From contig CAWBOC010000010.1 in assembly GCA_963790305.1 (NCBI GenBank), positions 288,001 to 352,000 on the forward strand: DNA of 64,000 bases. The letters are read 5' to 3'. Both the position numbers and the translations under genes were made by a program. The notes under the pieces are model-generated. The model was not told the DNA's origin. It was given only the letters and a program-made list of their open reading frames with translations, and made no database searches. Positions 1 to 9,461 of the stretch are shown here, in pieces; within the stretch, counting starts at the first letter, position 1, and each line of letters begins with the position of its first letter. Source of the DNA: an uncultured Gemmatimonadaceae bacterium. GTDB lineage: Bacteria > Gemmatimonadota > Gemmatimonadetes > Gemmatimonadales > Gemmatimonadaceae.

Positions 1-77
1 TCCTTGGCGGCCCAGCCGCCACTGATTCCGGAGCCGACGACGATCGCGTCGTATTCTTCGCGCTGCTGAAGAAGCAT
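1..77 (-). CDS. GMC-family FAD oxidoreductase, N-terminus only (runs off the window edge)
   Basis: Hand translation gives MLLQQREEYDAIVVGSGISGGWAAK with a GxGxxG FAD motif; it lies directly downstream of a gluconate 2-dehydrogenase subunit 3-like gene. Confidence 0.85.
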   Translation of the reverse strand, partial: MLLQQREEYDAIVVGSGISGGWAAK

Positions 78-82
78 GGTCG

Positions 83-844
83 TTAGGCCCAGGTCGGCAT
101 GCCGGCGGTATACGGGATGTCGCGGTAGGGTTTCATCGGGTTGATGCGGAGCTCCTGCGTCTGCCCCACTTCGGACGTGTAGTATCCGACCACGGTGAGC
201 TCTTTCATCATGCGGAAAAAGCTTTCCCGTCCAACATCGGCCGCATCGGGCTGCGGCGAGGCCGCCTCGGCGGGCGTCGCCCCCACTCCCTGCCCGACCT
301 GGACGTCCGACTCCTGCGAGCGAGGCGAAGGCGCGGTACCCTCCGGAGGCTTTGCCGCGAGGGTCTGCTCGCGGAAGGCGAGCCGATCCATCTCGCCGAC
401 CATGTCGGCCTGCTGCGCCGTCGTGAGCTCGCCGAATCCTTTCTGGTGCGTGCGGCGCGCGCGCGCTTCCAGCCTCGTCAGTCCGGCGAGGAAGCGCTCC
501 TTGTCCTTCGCCGCGAAGTGGTCGGAGAGGAGGGTGTCCACGAACTGGTCCACCTGCGCCGAGCGCGCGCCAGGCGTCTCCGTCTCTGGGATGATCGCGT
601 CGGCGATGGCGACCACCATGGCGCGCTGCTCGACTGTGAGCGTGCGAGGGGTCCATTGCGGCTTTGCCGCGGTTCGTCGGTCGCCGCACCCCGCAAGCAC
701 GGCAGCGATCGTTGGCGCCGACAGGGTCCCGCCGAGGAGGATGGCGGCGCGGCGCAGCGCCTCGCGGCGAGTGATTTCGGTGGAGATGCGAGTCCTCCTG
801 GTGGGGCCGGGATCCAACGTGCGGGACGTCTCAGTTGGTGTCAA
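83..844 (-). CDS. Gluconate 2-dehydrogenase subunit 3 family protein, Tat-exported
   Basis: TRREALRR twin-arginine motif, IIPETETPGA motif and C-terminal FFRMMKELTVVGYYTSEVG. Start codon uncertain. Confidence 0.85.
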   Translation of the reverse strand: MTPTETSRTLDPGPTRRTRISTEITRREALRRAAILLGGTLSAPTIAAVLAGCGDRRTAAKPQWTPRTLTVEQRAMVVAIADAIIPETETPGARSAQVDQFVDTLLSDHFAAKDKERFLAGLTRLEARARRTHQKGFGELTTAQQADMVGEMDRLAFREQTLAAKPPEGTAPSPRSQESDVQVGQGVGATPAEAASPQPDAADVGRESFFRMMKELTVVGYYTSEVGQTQELRINPMKPYRDIPYTAGMPTWA

Positions 845-894
845 GCTGATTAGGCAACAGCTGAATGCGTCGGGGTCAGGGGATATCGCTACCG

Positions 895-1093
895 GGCATC
901 CAGGTTCAAAGGGGGGGACGCGGATTTTCGCGGATGCAACGGATGCCGCGGATCATTCCAGGCGCGGAGAACTCCCCTCACGCAGGAAAAAACACTGCTG
1001 TTTGCTCCGGAAGGGGAGGGATCACTGTGCACGGAGCAATCCGCCGGATCCGTTGCCCGCAGAATCCGCGTCCCCCCTTTGAACCTGGATGCC
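895..1093. repeat. Intergenic inverted-repeat element (MITE/REP-like)
   Basis: GGCATCCAGGTTCAAAGGGGGGGACGCGGATT (895-926) pairs with AATCCGCGTCCCCCCTTTGAACCTGGATGCC (1063-1093), differing by one G in the run; imperfect pairing continues inward. Confidence 0.85.
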
Positions 1094-1238
1094 GGCCGAG
1101 CCGCCAGCTCAGAGGTCAAGTTGCGGTTTCCGCACGCTGAGATCTGATGTTTGACCCTGACGTCTCAGCCTTTCCCCAAAACCGAAGACATGCCGTCTTA
1201 TTGCCCCCGGGAAAGTTCGCTATTTTGGGTAAGACAGT

Positions 1239-1330
1239 GAGGAACGAGGAACGAGGAACGAGGAATTCGATGGATTGAGTCCCCGCCTTCAGTTCGATCG
1301 AATTTCCTCATTCCTCCGTTCCTTGTTCCT
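1239..1330. repeat. Hairpin element with (GAGGAAC)n heptamer arms
   Basis: About 4 GAGGAAC units, then a spacer, then degenerate TTCCTC/GTTCCT units ending just before the ATG at 1336. Confidence 0.75.
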
Positions 1331-1335
1331 GGTCA

Positions 1336-2310
1336 ATGTCTCTCTCCGCAATCGCCCAAGAGCTCGTCCCGCTCCACGACATCCGCGATGCCGCTGCCCG
1401 GCTCCGCGGTGTCGCGATCCGCACCCCGCTCCTTCTCGCGGAGGAGATCGAGCGTGATACGCGGGTGTGGCTCAAGCCGGAGATGCTCCAGCGAACCGGG
1501 GCGTTCAAGTTCCGCGGAGCCTACACCTTCCTTTCCCGGCTCTCCGCGGAAGCACGCGCCCGAGGCGTGGTTGCCCCGTCCTCCGGCAATCATGCGCAGG
1601 CGGTAGCCGCCGCGGCGCAGATCTTCGGCGTGAAGGCGACCGTCGTCATGCCCACCACCGTTACGCCGGCCAAGCGTGCTGGGGCCGAGCGGCTCGGCGC
1701 CGCGGTCGTGCTCGCCGGGACCACCACCAAGGACCGGATGGATCGGGCGGTGGAGCTCGTCGCGGAGCAAGGGCTGACGATGGTCCCGCCGTATGATGAT
1801 CCGGTGATCATCGCCGGGCAGGGAACCGTCGGCCTCGAGATCGCCGAAGATCTCCCGCGAGTGAAGACAGTGATCGTCCCGGTCGGCGGCGGCGGTTTGA
1901 GTGCCGGGGTCGCGACAGCGATCAAGCTGCTCGTTCCATCGGTGCGCGTCATTGGCGTCGAGCCCGCCGGCGCGCCGAAGTTGACGCGCGCCCGCGCGGC
2001 GGCGCGTCCCGTGCTGCTCGAGCATGCCAGCTCTCTCGCCGATGGACTCCTCGCCGTGCAAATCGGATCGCTCAACTTCGCCCACCATCAGGCGTATCTC
2101 GACGACGTCGTGACGGTGAGCGATGACGCGCTCGTCGACGCCATGCGCTGGCTGCTCGATCGCATGAAGCTCGTTGCGGAGCCGAGTGGCGCGATCACGC
2201 TCGCGGCGCTCCAGACCGGTGCGGTGCGCGCGAGTGGTGACACGGTGTGCGTGCTGAGCGGGGGCAACATCGAGTGGACGGGATTGCGTGACCTCCTTAG
2301 CCCCCGCTAA
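1336..2310 (+). CDS. PLP-dependent threonine/serine dehydratase (no ACT domain)
   Basis: LQRTGAFKFRGA PLP-lysine motif, SSGNHAQ, PVGGGGL, AEPSGA and LSGGN. Confidence 0.9.
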   Translation: MSLSAIAQELVPLHDIRDAAARLRGVAIRTPLLLAEEIERDTRVWLKPEMLQRTGAFKFRGAYTFLSRLSAEARARGVVAPSSGNHAQAVAAAAQIFGVKATVVMPTTVTPAKRAGAERLGAAVVLAGTTTKDRMDRAVELVAEQGLTMVPPYDDPVIIAGQGTVGLEIAEDLPRVKTVIVPVGGGGLSAGVATAIKLLVPSVRVIGVEPAGAPKLTRARAAARPVLLEHASSLADGLLAVQIGSLNFAHHQAYLDDVVTVSDDALVDAMRWLLDRMKLVAEPSGAITLAALQTGAVRASGDTVCVLSGGNIEWTGLRDLLSPR

Positions 2311-3778
2311 GCCGCGAATCCTCGTCGTCGACGATGACGAGGCACTGCTCAAGACCGTCTCCTGGATTCTCAAGGAGCACGGGTACGACGTCATCGCGGT
2401 GCCCGGGTCGCGCCTGCTCCTCGAGCAGCTGGAGACCTCGGTGCCCGATCTGCTCCTCCTGGACATCATGATGCCGGACCTCGATGGCTTCGAGGTGCTG
2501 GAGCGCATCCGGGGAGACGACCGATGGCGCGATCTTCCCGTCCTCATGATCTCCGCCATGCCTCCCGAGGAGGCCGCGGTGCGCACCCTCGGGCTCGGTG
2601 CTTCCGACTTCGTGCCGAAGCCGTTCCGCGTCCGTGAGCTGCTCGCACGCATTCAGGCGCAGCTTCGCGTGAGTGACACGTTGTCGCGCGCCCGTCAGGA
2701 GCTTCGGCTCACCGAGGTCCAGCTTCAACGCGCTCGCGACGAAGCGGAAAGCCGGCGTCAGCTCGTCGACATCCTGCACGAAGTCACCGGGGACCTCTCG
2801 CCGGACGAGATCTATCACATTCTCGTTCGACGCGTCGCGCGCGCGCTGAATCTGTCCCACTGCTCGCTCGTGTTCGCGCGTCCGGGCGATCTGACGGGCA
2901 CGGTCGCTACCGCGTACGAGAATCCGCAGCTGCGCGACTTCGAGATTCGCCTCGACCGCTATCCCGAGATCCGCACGGCACTCGACCGTGGCGAGCCCGT
3001 CCTCATCGAGGACGTGCTCACGAGCCCGCTCTACGAGGACGTCCGGCGCGATTGGGACCGAAGCGGGACCGTCGTGTCGATTCGATCCGTGATCGCGCTT
3101 CCCTTCCGGGTCGATCGGCAGCTCGCGGGCGTGTTCTTCCTGCGCACGACGCGTCACGAGACTCCGTTGCGACGGGACGACGTCGAGTTCGCCGACGCGG
3201 TCATCAAGGCGGCGGTCGCCGCGATCGAGAAGGCTCGCGTGATCGAGCGGACGAAGGCCGACAAGGCGCGGCTCGAGATGCTCGCGATCACCGACCCACT
3301 CACGCTTACGCTGAACCGGCGTGCGCTCGTCGATCGGCTCGACGAGGAGATGGAGCGTGCGCGCCGCTACGGCCTCGTTCTCACCTTGCTCATGGTCGAT
3401 CTCGACCACTTCAAGCGGGTGAACGACACGCACGGTCACCTCGTCGGGGACGACGTTCTCCGCGACGTCTCCATGATCATCCAGCGCGAGGTGCGCACCG
3501 TCGACATCGTGGCGCGTTACGGGGGCGAGGAGTTCGTCGTTGTCCTACCGGAGACCGCCGAGGAAGGGGCGGTCGCATTCGCTGAGCGCGTTCGTCAGCG
3601 TATCTCGGAGCACCGGATTGCCGGGGAAGACGGCGAGGAGGCATTGAGCCTGACGGTGAGCATCGGCGTGGCGACGTTCCCATCCTCGAGCATCGAGACG
3701 ACGGAGGATCTCATCTCGCACGCGGACGACGCGCTCTATCGCGCGAAGGCCGAGGGGCGGAACAAGGTGCGCGCGTGA
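2288..3778 (+). CDS. Diguanylate cyclase, REC-GAF-GGDEF
   Basis: Receiver domain (ILVVDDD, LLDIMMP, KPF), a GAF-like middle region, TDPLT, DLDHFKRVND, an RTVD I-site and GGEEF. Confidence 0.92.
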   Translation: MTSLAPAKPRILVVDDDEALLKTVSWILKEHGYDVIAVPGSRLLLEQLETSVPDLLLLDIMMPDLDGFEVLERIRGDDRWRDLPVLMISAMPPEEAAVRTLGLGASDFVPKPFRVRELLARIQAQLRVSDTLSRARQELRLTEVQLQRARDEAESRRQLVDILHEVTGDLSPDEIYHILVRRVARALNLSHCSLVFARPGDLTGTVATAYENPQLRDFEIRLDRYPEIRTALDRGEPVLIEDVLTSPLYEDVRRDWDRSGTVVSIRSVIALPFRVDRQLAGVFFLRTTRHETPLRRDDVEFADAVIKAAVAAIEKARVIERTKADKARLEMLAITDPLTLTLNRRALVDRLDEEMERARRYGLVLTLLMVDLDHFKRVNDTHGHLVGDDVLRDVSMIIQREVRTVDIVARYGGEEFVVVLPETAEEGAVAFAERVRQRISEHRIAGEDGEEALSLTVSIGVATFPSSSIETTEDLISHADDALYRAKAEGRNKVRA

Positions 3779-4872
3779 GCATGCGCTGCCCGCGCTGCGG
3801 GACCGTGTACGCCGGCGACGCGCAATTCTGCAAGCGCGATGGCCTGAAGCTCGTGAAGGAGCCGACGACGCCCCCCAACCGGAGTGCGGAGTGGCCGCAG
3901 TATGGTCCTCCATCGAGCGGCGCGCGTGCGGTGCCGACCACGCCGCAGCCCGGTTCCGGACCGCCGTCGCAGGCATCGATGGCGGGGCGCGTGCTCGACG
4001 AGCGCTATCGCATCGAGCGGAAGGTCGGCGAAGGTGGGATGTCGTTCGTCTATCTGGCCCAGGACCTCGAGACGAACGAGCGCGTCGCCATCAAGATTCT
4101 GTCGCCGGCGTTGTCGGCCGATCGCAACTCGCTCGCGCGACTGAAGCGGGAGGCCTCGCTTGCGGGGCGGCTCGCACATCCGAACGTCTGTCACATCATC
4201 CGGTTGGGTGAGACCGACACCGGCATGGTCTACGTGGTCATGCCGTTCGTCGAGGGCGAGCTGCTCTGCGACCGCACGCACCGCCTCGGGCACATTCCGC
4301 TCGCGGAGGTCGTGCCCTTCGTGCGCGACATCGCTGCCGGTCTTCAGGTGGCGCACCAGCTCCGCATCATCCATCGCGATCTCAAGCCCGAGAACGTGAT
4401 GCTGTGCCGCGAGCCGGGCGGCGCCGAGCGTGCGGTGGTCATGGACTTTGGGCTGGCGAAGGATCGCCGCGCGGGTCCGGAGGCCGAGAAGCTCACCGCG
4501 ACCGGGATCGTGTTAGGCACGCCGGAGTTCATGAGCCCCGAGCAGCTGCGCGGGAAGCCGCTCGATCCGCGCACCGACGTCTATTCGCTGGCGCTGATGA
4601 CCTTCGAGATGCTCACCGGCAAGCTCCCGTTCGAGGGCCGGTCGCAGCAGGAGCTGATGCTGGCGCGTCTCCGGAGCGATCCCATCCCGCTGCGAAGGAT
4701 GCGTCCGGATCTCAACTATCCTGCTGACGTCGAGCGCGTGCTGCTGAAGGGGATGGCGAAGGACATGAACGACCGCTTCGCGACGGCGCCCGACTTCGCC
4801 GAGGCGTTCGCGCGAGCTGCCTCCGGCGACGATACCGAGCTCGGGTTTCTGGACCGGCTTTTAGGGAGGTAG
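3775..4872 (+). CDS. Hanks-type Ser/Thr protein kinase with N-terminal zinc-ribbon-like motif
   Basis: CPRCG...FCKRDG, GEGGM, VAIK, HRDLKPEN, DFGLA and GTPEFMSPEQ. Confidence 0.92.
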   Translation: MSMRCPRCGTVYAGDAQFCKRDGLKLVKEPTTPPNRSAEWPQYGPPSSGARAVPTTPQPGSGPPSQASMAGRVLDERYRIERKVGEGGMSFVYLAQDLETNERVAIKILSPALSADRNSLARLKREASLAGRLAHPNVCHIIRLGETDTGMVYVVMPFVEGELLCDRTHRLGHIPLAEVVPFVRDIAAGLQVAHQLRIIHRDLKPENVMLCREPGGAERAVVMDFGLAKDRRAGPEAEKLTATGIVLGTPEFMSPEQLRGKPLDPRTDVYSLALMTFEMLTGKLPFEGRSQQELMLARLRSDPIPLRRMRPDLNYPADVERVLLKGMAKDMNDRFATAPDFAEAFARAASGDDTELGFLDRLLGR

Positions 4873-4967
4873 TCGAGGTCGTCGAGGATGTCGAGGTGAT
4901 CGAGGGAACTACAACCTCGACGACCTCACCTCGATCACCTCGACAACCTCGACATCCTCGACAACCT
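4867..4967. repeat. Hairpin element with TCGAGG-core 9-mer arms
   Basis: AGGTAGTCGAGGTCGTCGAGGATGTCGAGGTGATCGAGG pairs with CCTCGATCACCTCGACAACCTCGACATCCTCGACAACCT; it contains the kinase TAG stop. Confidence 0.85.
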
Positions 4968-5050
4968 GTTTTCGGGAGGGTGATCCGAGTCACTGCGTGT
5001 CTGGGTCCACTTCATGCGAATGGGCCCGGTATCCATGGGAGGATACTGCG

Positions 5051-5917
5051 ATGCGGTGGACACGTGGCGGACGGAGCAGGAACATCGAGGACCTGCGCGG
5101 CTCGCGCGGGGTTGGCGGCGGCGGGTTCGGTATCGGGAAAGGGATGGGCCTCGGCGGGACGATCATCGTTCTGATCCTCGGCCTTCTCTTTGGCGGTGAC
5201 ATCTTCAGTGGTGGTGGGGGCGGCGGGGGCGGCATTCCCACGACCGCGACCGAGCAAGGCTCCGTTGAGGAGACGCCGGAAGAACGGGAGCTGGTCGAGT
5301 TCGTCTCGTTCGTCCTCGACGACGCGCAGCGCGTGTGGACCGAGATCTTGCCCAAATACGGCGGGCAGTATCGCGAGGCCAAGCTGGTGCTGTTCCGGGA
5401 TTACGTGCAGTCGGCGTGCGGCACCGGTCAGTCGGCCATGGGCCCGTTCTACTGCCCAGTCGATGAGAAGGTGTACATCGACCTTGGCTTCTACGACGCC
5501 CTTCACGAGCGGTTCGGCGCGCCCGGCGATTTCGCGCAGGCGTACGTCATCGCGCACGAGCTCGGCCACCACGTGCAGAACGTGACCGGCACCGCCGCGG
5601 AAGTGCGCCAGATGCAGTCGGCTCGCCCGAACCAGGCGAATGCCCTGTCGGTACGACTCGAGCTTCAGGCTGACTGCTATGCCGGCATTTGGGGCAATTC
5701 GACGAGCCAGCGGCAGATCCTCGAACGGGGCGACGTCGAGGAAGGCTTGAACGCAGCGGCGGCGATCGGCGATGATCGAATCCAGTCGCAGTCGCGCGGG
5801 GGCGCCAGCCCCGAGTCCTTCACCCACGGGACGTCCGAGCAGCGCGCACGGTGGTTCAGGCGCGGGCTGGAGAGTGGGGACCCGAGGACGTGCAATACTT
5901 TCGAGGGTGCGATCTAG
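5051..5917 (+). CDS. Neutral zinc metallopeptidase, YpfJ-like
   Basis: MRW..SRNIED N-terminus, a transmembrane helix, GPFYCP, AHELGHHVQ, ELQADCYAG and FTHGTS; GGAGG ribosome-binding site. Confidence 0.9.
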   Translation: MRWTRGGRSRNIEDLRGSRGVGGGGFGIGKGMGLGGTIIVLILGLLFGGDIFSGGGGGGGGIPTTATEQGSVEETPEERELVEFVSFVLDDAQRVWTEILPKYGGQYREAKLVLFRDYVQSACGTGQSAMGPFYCPVDEKVYIDLGFYDALHERFGAPGDFAQAYVIAHELGHHVQNVTGTAAEVRQMQSARPNQANALSVRLELQADCYAGIWGNSTSQRQILERGDVEEGLNAAAAIGDDRIQSQSRGGASPESFTHGTSEQRARWFRRGLESGDPRTCNTFEGAI

Positions 5918-5921
5918 AGGC

Positions 5922-6047
5922 GCGAATGCGGAATACGGAATGCGGAAGGTGGTAAGACCGTGAAAACGAGAGGGCTCCGGCGAATCGCTCGGAGCCCTCT
6001 GCGTCTTACGGTCTTACCACCTTCCGCATTCCGTATTCCGCATTCGC
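5922..6047. repeat. Hairpin element with (GAATGCG)n arms; probable bidirectional terminator
   Basis: Perfect 40-bp inverted repeat (5922-5961 / 6008-6047) plus an inner AGAGGGCTCC/GGAGCCCTCT stem; lies between convergent genes. Confidence 0.9.
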
Positions 6048-6049
6048 TG

Positions 6050-8113
6050 TCAAGGAATCGGCTCCCGCCGCGGCTCCAGCTTCGCCGACCACAGACCGCT
6101 GTTGAAGTCGGTGAAGAGAATGTGCCCCTTCCACGGCATCGCGTTCATGACGAACGACGCGTTCGCCGTGTAGCCCTGCGGATCGAACGGCTTGTACACC
6201 GCGATCTCGCGCCGCTGCTCGGCGAGGTTTCCGACCAGCTCCCCCGACACGTCCACGATGCGGAGACCGCCATCATAGTACGCCTGGTACATGACATCGT
6301 CTTCCACGATGATGTCGTGCGAGCCGAATTCTTCCTGGTGGTACTTGGCGATGTTCTTGGGATTCGTCGGATCGGTGAAGTCGATGATGTGCGTGTAGCC
6401 GGCCGACGTCTGCGGCACGCCGCCCTTCTGGTTGATGTTCTGCAGGTAGCTCGTTCCCTCCCACACCCTGCCTTCGCGCGACATGATCTCGTCGCCGAGG
6501 AAGAGATAGACCTTGCCGGTCGCCTTCTGGACGTACGGGAAGATCTCGTGCGTTGCACCGCTCGTCGTCGGATAGGTCGCGATGAGCTTGGGCTTCTCGA
6601 TCGTCCCGCCCCACTTGCCGTTGCCGACGTCGACCGCGACCACCCCCGTCCCCCACTCCGACGAGTACGCGATGCCGTTGTTCACCCACACATCGTGCAC
6701 GCGCGAATTCGGATGGTCGTACTCGCTCTTGTACGTTGGCTTGTAGATGTCCTTCATGTCGATGATGACGTACTTGTCACCGTTCGACAGCGCAAACAGG
6801 TAATCGTTGGTGGCGAACATGTTGTGCACGCCGCCGGTGAGCTCCTGATCGAACGTCGCCGCGACCTTGGGGTGGGCGGGATTCGCGAGATCGAGGATGA
6901 CGACACCATTCACCCGGTTCGACGCGCCTTCGCGTGACAGCGCGCCGTAGCGCCCGTCGGGCGAAACGGTCACGTCGTTGATGACGCGTGCGTCGACCTT
7001 GATCGAATCGGTCTTCACGATCGCGCCGAGGTTGCTGATGTCGAAGATGTAGGCCCACCCGTCGCCGCCCCACGTTCCGACGAGCGCGTAGTCGCGACCA
7101 TCCTTGCCGGTCCACGGCCACAGGTCGGATGTGTGCACGTGGCTGATGCTCCCGCGGCCGGTTACGGAGATGCGCTTCCGCACATCGCGTGGGCTGACAC
7201 CAATCACCTTGCGCGCCGAGGTCGGTCCCGCGGTCGCGAGGAGCGTGTAGCGGCCAGGGACCTCGGCCGCGAACAGGCCGCGATCGATCACGCCCGTCGC
7301 GCCGGGCGCGGCGATCGTGTCGTCAGGCACGTAGGTGTAGCTCCACGTGATCGGCACGTCGGCTACCGCGGTGCCACCAGCGCGCTTGGCCGTCGCTTTG
7401 AGGTGCACGACGTCGCCGGTGCGTACCGAATTCTCGTCAATGTCGATCGTCAGGCTCACCACGGGATTCGCGACCACCGTGTGTCGGACGGACGACGACG
7501 CTCCTTCCGCCTCGGCGGTGATGGTGACGGCGCCGGGCCGGCGAGCGGTGACATTCCCGAAACGATCGACCGTCGCGACCGCCTCGTTCGAGCTGCGCCA
7601 CGTGAGCGTCACGTTCTTACGCTCGCTCTGGTCGGCGTGAACGGCGCGCGCGCGATGGGCCAGCGTGACGCCCGCGTAGAGACGGCCAGGCTCGGGGAGA
7701 ATCTCCACCTGCGTGATCGGTGGCCACTGGATCGTGACCGGGATCGTGAGGCGCGCGGGATTCGTTCCGCCAACGGCCGTCACTACGACCTCGTACTTCC
7801 CGGCCTGCGTCCCCGTGAGCTGCCCGTTCGCGAAGCGAAGCACGCCTCGCGGTCCGCTCGATCGAAGCGGTGGATTCTCGATGACGTTGCCCGCCGAGTC
7901 GTACGCCGTGAGCTTGAAGGCGACCGGCTGGCCCGCGATCAGCGTGGGGCTGGCGGGCTCGGCGACGATCCGTACTACCCGCGGCGTGGGCGCCTGAGCT
8001 GGCGCCGCCTGTGTTGGCGCGGCGGGCTGCTGAGCCTGGGCAAGGGGCGCCGACAGCGCCACGAGGCCAAACGCCGCGGTGCTGACGAATCGCGGAATGC
8101 GCGTTACGTTCAT
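6050..8113 (-). CDS. Secreted Ig-like (Big_2) plus LVIVD-repeat beta-propeller protein
   Basis: Signal peptide, WRSSNEAVATVD Ig-like motif, and repeated VVILD/LRIVDVS units with His motifs (VHN, VHD, THE, SHD). Confidence 0.75.
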   Translation of the reverse strand: MNVTRIPRFVSTAAFGLVALSAPLAQAQQPAAPTQAAPAQAPTPRVVRIVAEPASPTLIAGQPVAFKLTAYDSAGNVIENPPLRSSGPRGVLRFANGQLTGTQAGKYEVVVTAVGGTNPARLTIPVTIQWPPITQVEILPEPGRLYAGVTLAHRARAVHADQSERKNVTLTWRSSNEAVATVDRFGNVTARRPGAVTITAEAEGASSSVRHTVVANPVVSLTIDIDENSVRTGDVVHLKATAKRAGGTAVADVPITWSYTYVPDDTIAAPGATGVIDRGLFAAEVPGRYTLLATAGPTSARKVIGVSPRDVRKRISVTGRGSISHVHTSDLWPWTGKDGRDYALVGTWGGDGWAYIFDISNLGAIVKTDSIKVDARVINDVTVSPDGRYGALSREGASNRVNGVVILDLANPAHPKVAATFDQELTGGVHNMFATNDYLFALSNGDKYVIIDMKDIYKPTYKSEYDHPNSRVHDVWVNNGIAYSSEWGTGVVAVDVGNGKWGGTIEKPKLIATYPTTSGATHEIFPYVQKATGKVYLFLGDEIMSREGRVWEGTSYLQNINQKGGVPQTSAGYTHIIDFTDPTNPKNIAKYHQEEFGSHDIIVEDDVMYQAYYDGGLRIVDVSGELVGNLAEQRREIAVYKPFDPQGYTANASFVMNAMPWKGHILFTDFNSGLWSAKLEPRREPIP

Positions 8114-8264
8114 GGAGCTATACTCCCTCTCGCAGGGCGACCGGTCTCCGGCCGCGTCACGTGTCCTCTAGCGCGCACGATTGCGCGACATCGATGTCGA
8201 GCGCTTCACCGCGCGGCGGTGAATGCGAAGCTGCCTACCCTACATGTTTTCGAGTCAGGATTTC

Positions 8265-9461
8265 ATGATGGTTCTGCTATCGACCCACCGCAAGGCGATT
8301 GTCCACACCCTGTCTGTATGGCTTTTGATGGGTGCCCTCGCGTGCGCCTCACCGCCTGCAGCGCGTGTCGAATCCGCGGCCCCGGCCCCGAGCGGGACGA
8401 CGGGGGCTGCGACCGCGAACTACTGGGTCTACGTGGGCGCGGAATCGGCCGACCTCATCCACCTCGTGCGCTTCGGGCCGGATGGCGCGGTCGTCGAAAA
8501 GACATTCCCCGTGGGGGAATCGGCCTCCGAGCTCGAAGGGCCGCATGGCCTGCAGGTCTCGCGGGACGGGAAGTTTCTCCACCTGACGACGGGACATGGC
8601 TCGCCGGACGGCAAATACTGGCGCTACGTCACCGGCCCCGACACACTCGCCGGTCCCGGAATCTTCCTGGGGTTCTTCCCCGCTTCGATCGATCTCACGC
8701 CGGACGGACTGTACGCCTTCATCGTGAACTTCAATCTGCACGGCGAGATGGTCCCGTCATCGGTATCCGTCGTCTACACGCCGACGCACACTGAGGTCGC
8801 CCGCACGGAAACGTGTACGATGCCGCACGGCAGCCGCGTCGACCCCACTGGGCTGCACCAGTATTCGACCTGCATGATGGATGACCAGCTCGTGGAAGTG
8901 GACACGCGGACCTTCGCGGTGTCACGACGGTACGGCCTGGCCAAGGGGAAGGAAGGACCCATCGCGCACGATGCCGCCACCGCGCACGCGGGTCATGGCG
9001 CCATGACGCCGGCGAGCTGCTCGCCCACGTGGGCGCAACCGTCCGCCGATGGCGCGAAGGTGTACGTGGCCTGCAACAAGGCGGACGAGATCGTCGAGAT
9101 CGACGCCGGCCGGTGGGAGATCACGCGGAGATTTCCGACGGGACGCGGTCCGTACAACCTCGCCGTCACGCCCGACGGCCGACTGCTGATCGCGACACTC
9201 AAGCAGGGAGCGGGAGTGCAGATCTTCGATCTTGCCAGCGGGCAGAGCACCCTCAACACCAAGAGCTCGACCAATGTCACGCACGGGATCGCGGTCTCGC
9301 CGGACTCTCGTTATGCGTTCGTGAGCAACGAGGCCGTCGGCGCCGCGCCGGGCAAGGTGGACGTGTACGATCTGCGCTCGCTCACTCGCGTCGCCGACGT
9401 TCCGGTCGGCCAGCAGGCCGGCGGCATCGCCTTCTGGAAGATGGAGCCCGCCGCGCGCTGA
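8265..9461 (+). CDS. YncE/YVTN-like beta-propeller lipoprotein
   Basis: Lipobox-like ALAC and GPHG/PYNLAVTPDG/HGIAVSPD repeats. Start approximate. Confidence 0.75.
   Translation: MMVLLSTHRKAIVHTLSVWLLMGALACASPPAARVESAAPAPSGTTGAATANYWVYVGAESADLIHLVRFGPDGAVVEKTFPVGESASELEGPHGLQVSRDGKFLHLTTGHGSPDGKYWRYVTGPDTLAGPGIFLGFFPASIDLTPDGLYAFIVNFNLHGEMVPSSVSVVYTPTHTEVARTETCTMPHGSRVDPTGLHQYSTCMMDDQLVEVDTRTFAVSRRYGLAKGKEGPIAHDAATAHAGHGAMTPASCSPTWAQPSADGAKVYVACNKADEIVEIDAGRWEITRRFPTGRGPYNLAVTPDGRLLIATLKQGAGVQIFDLASGQSTLNTKSSTNVTHGIAVSPDSRYAFVSNEAVGAAPGKVDVYDLRSLTRVADVPVGQQAGGIAFWKMEPAAR

Noticed and set aside
4867..4967. CRISPR array from the repeated units
   Set aside because: The units are 7-9 nt, contiguous and inverted, with no unique spacers and no cas genes in the window.
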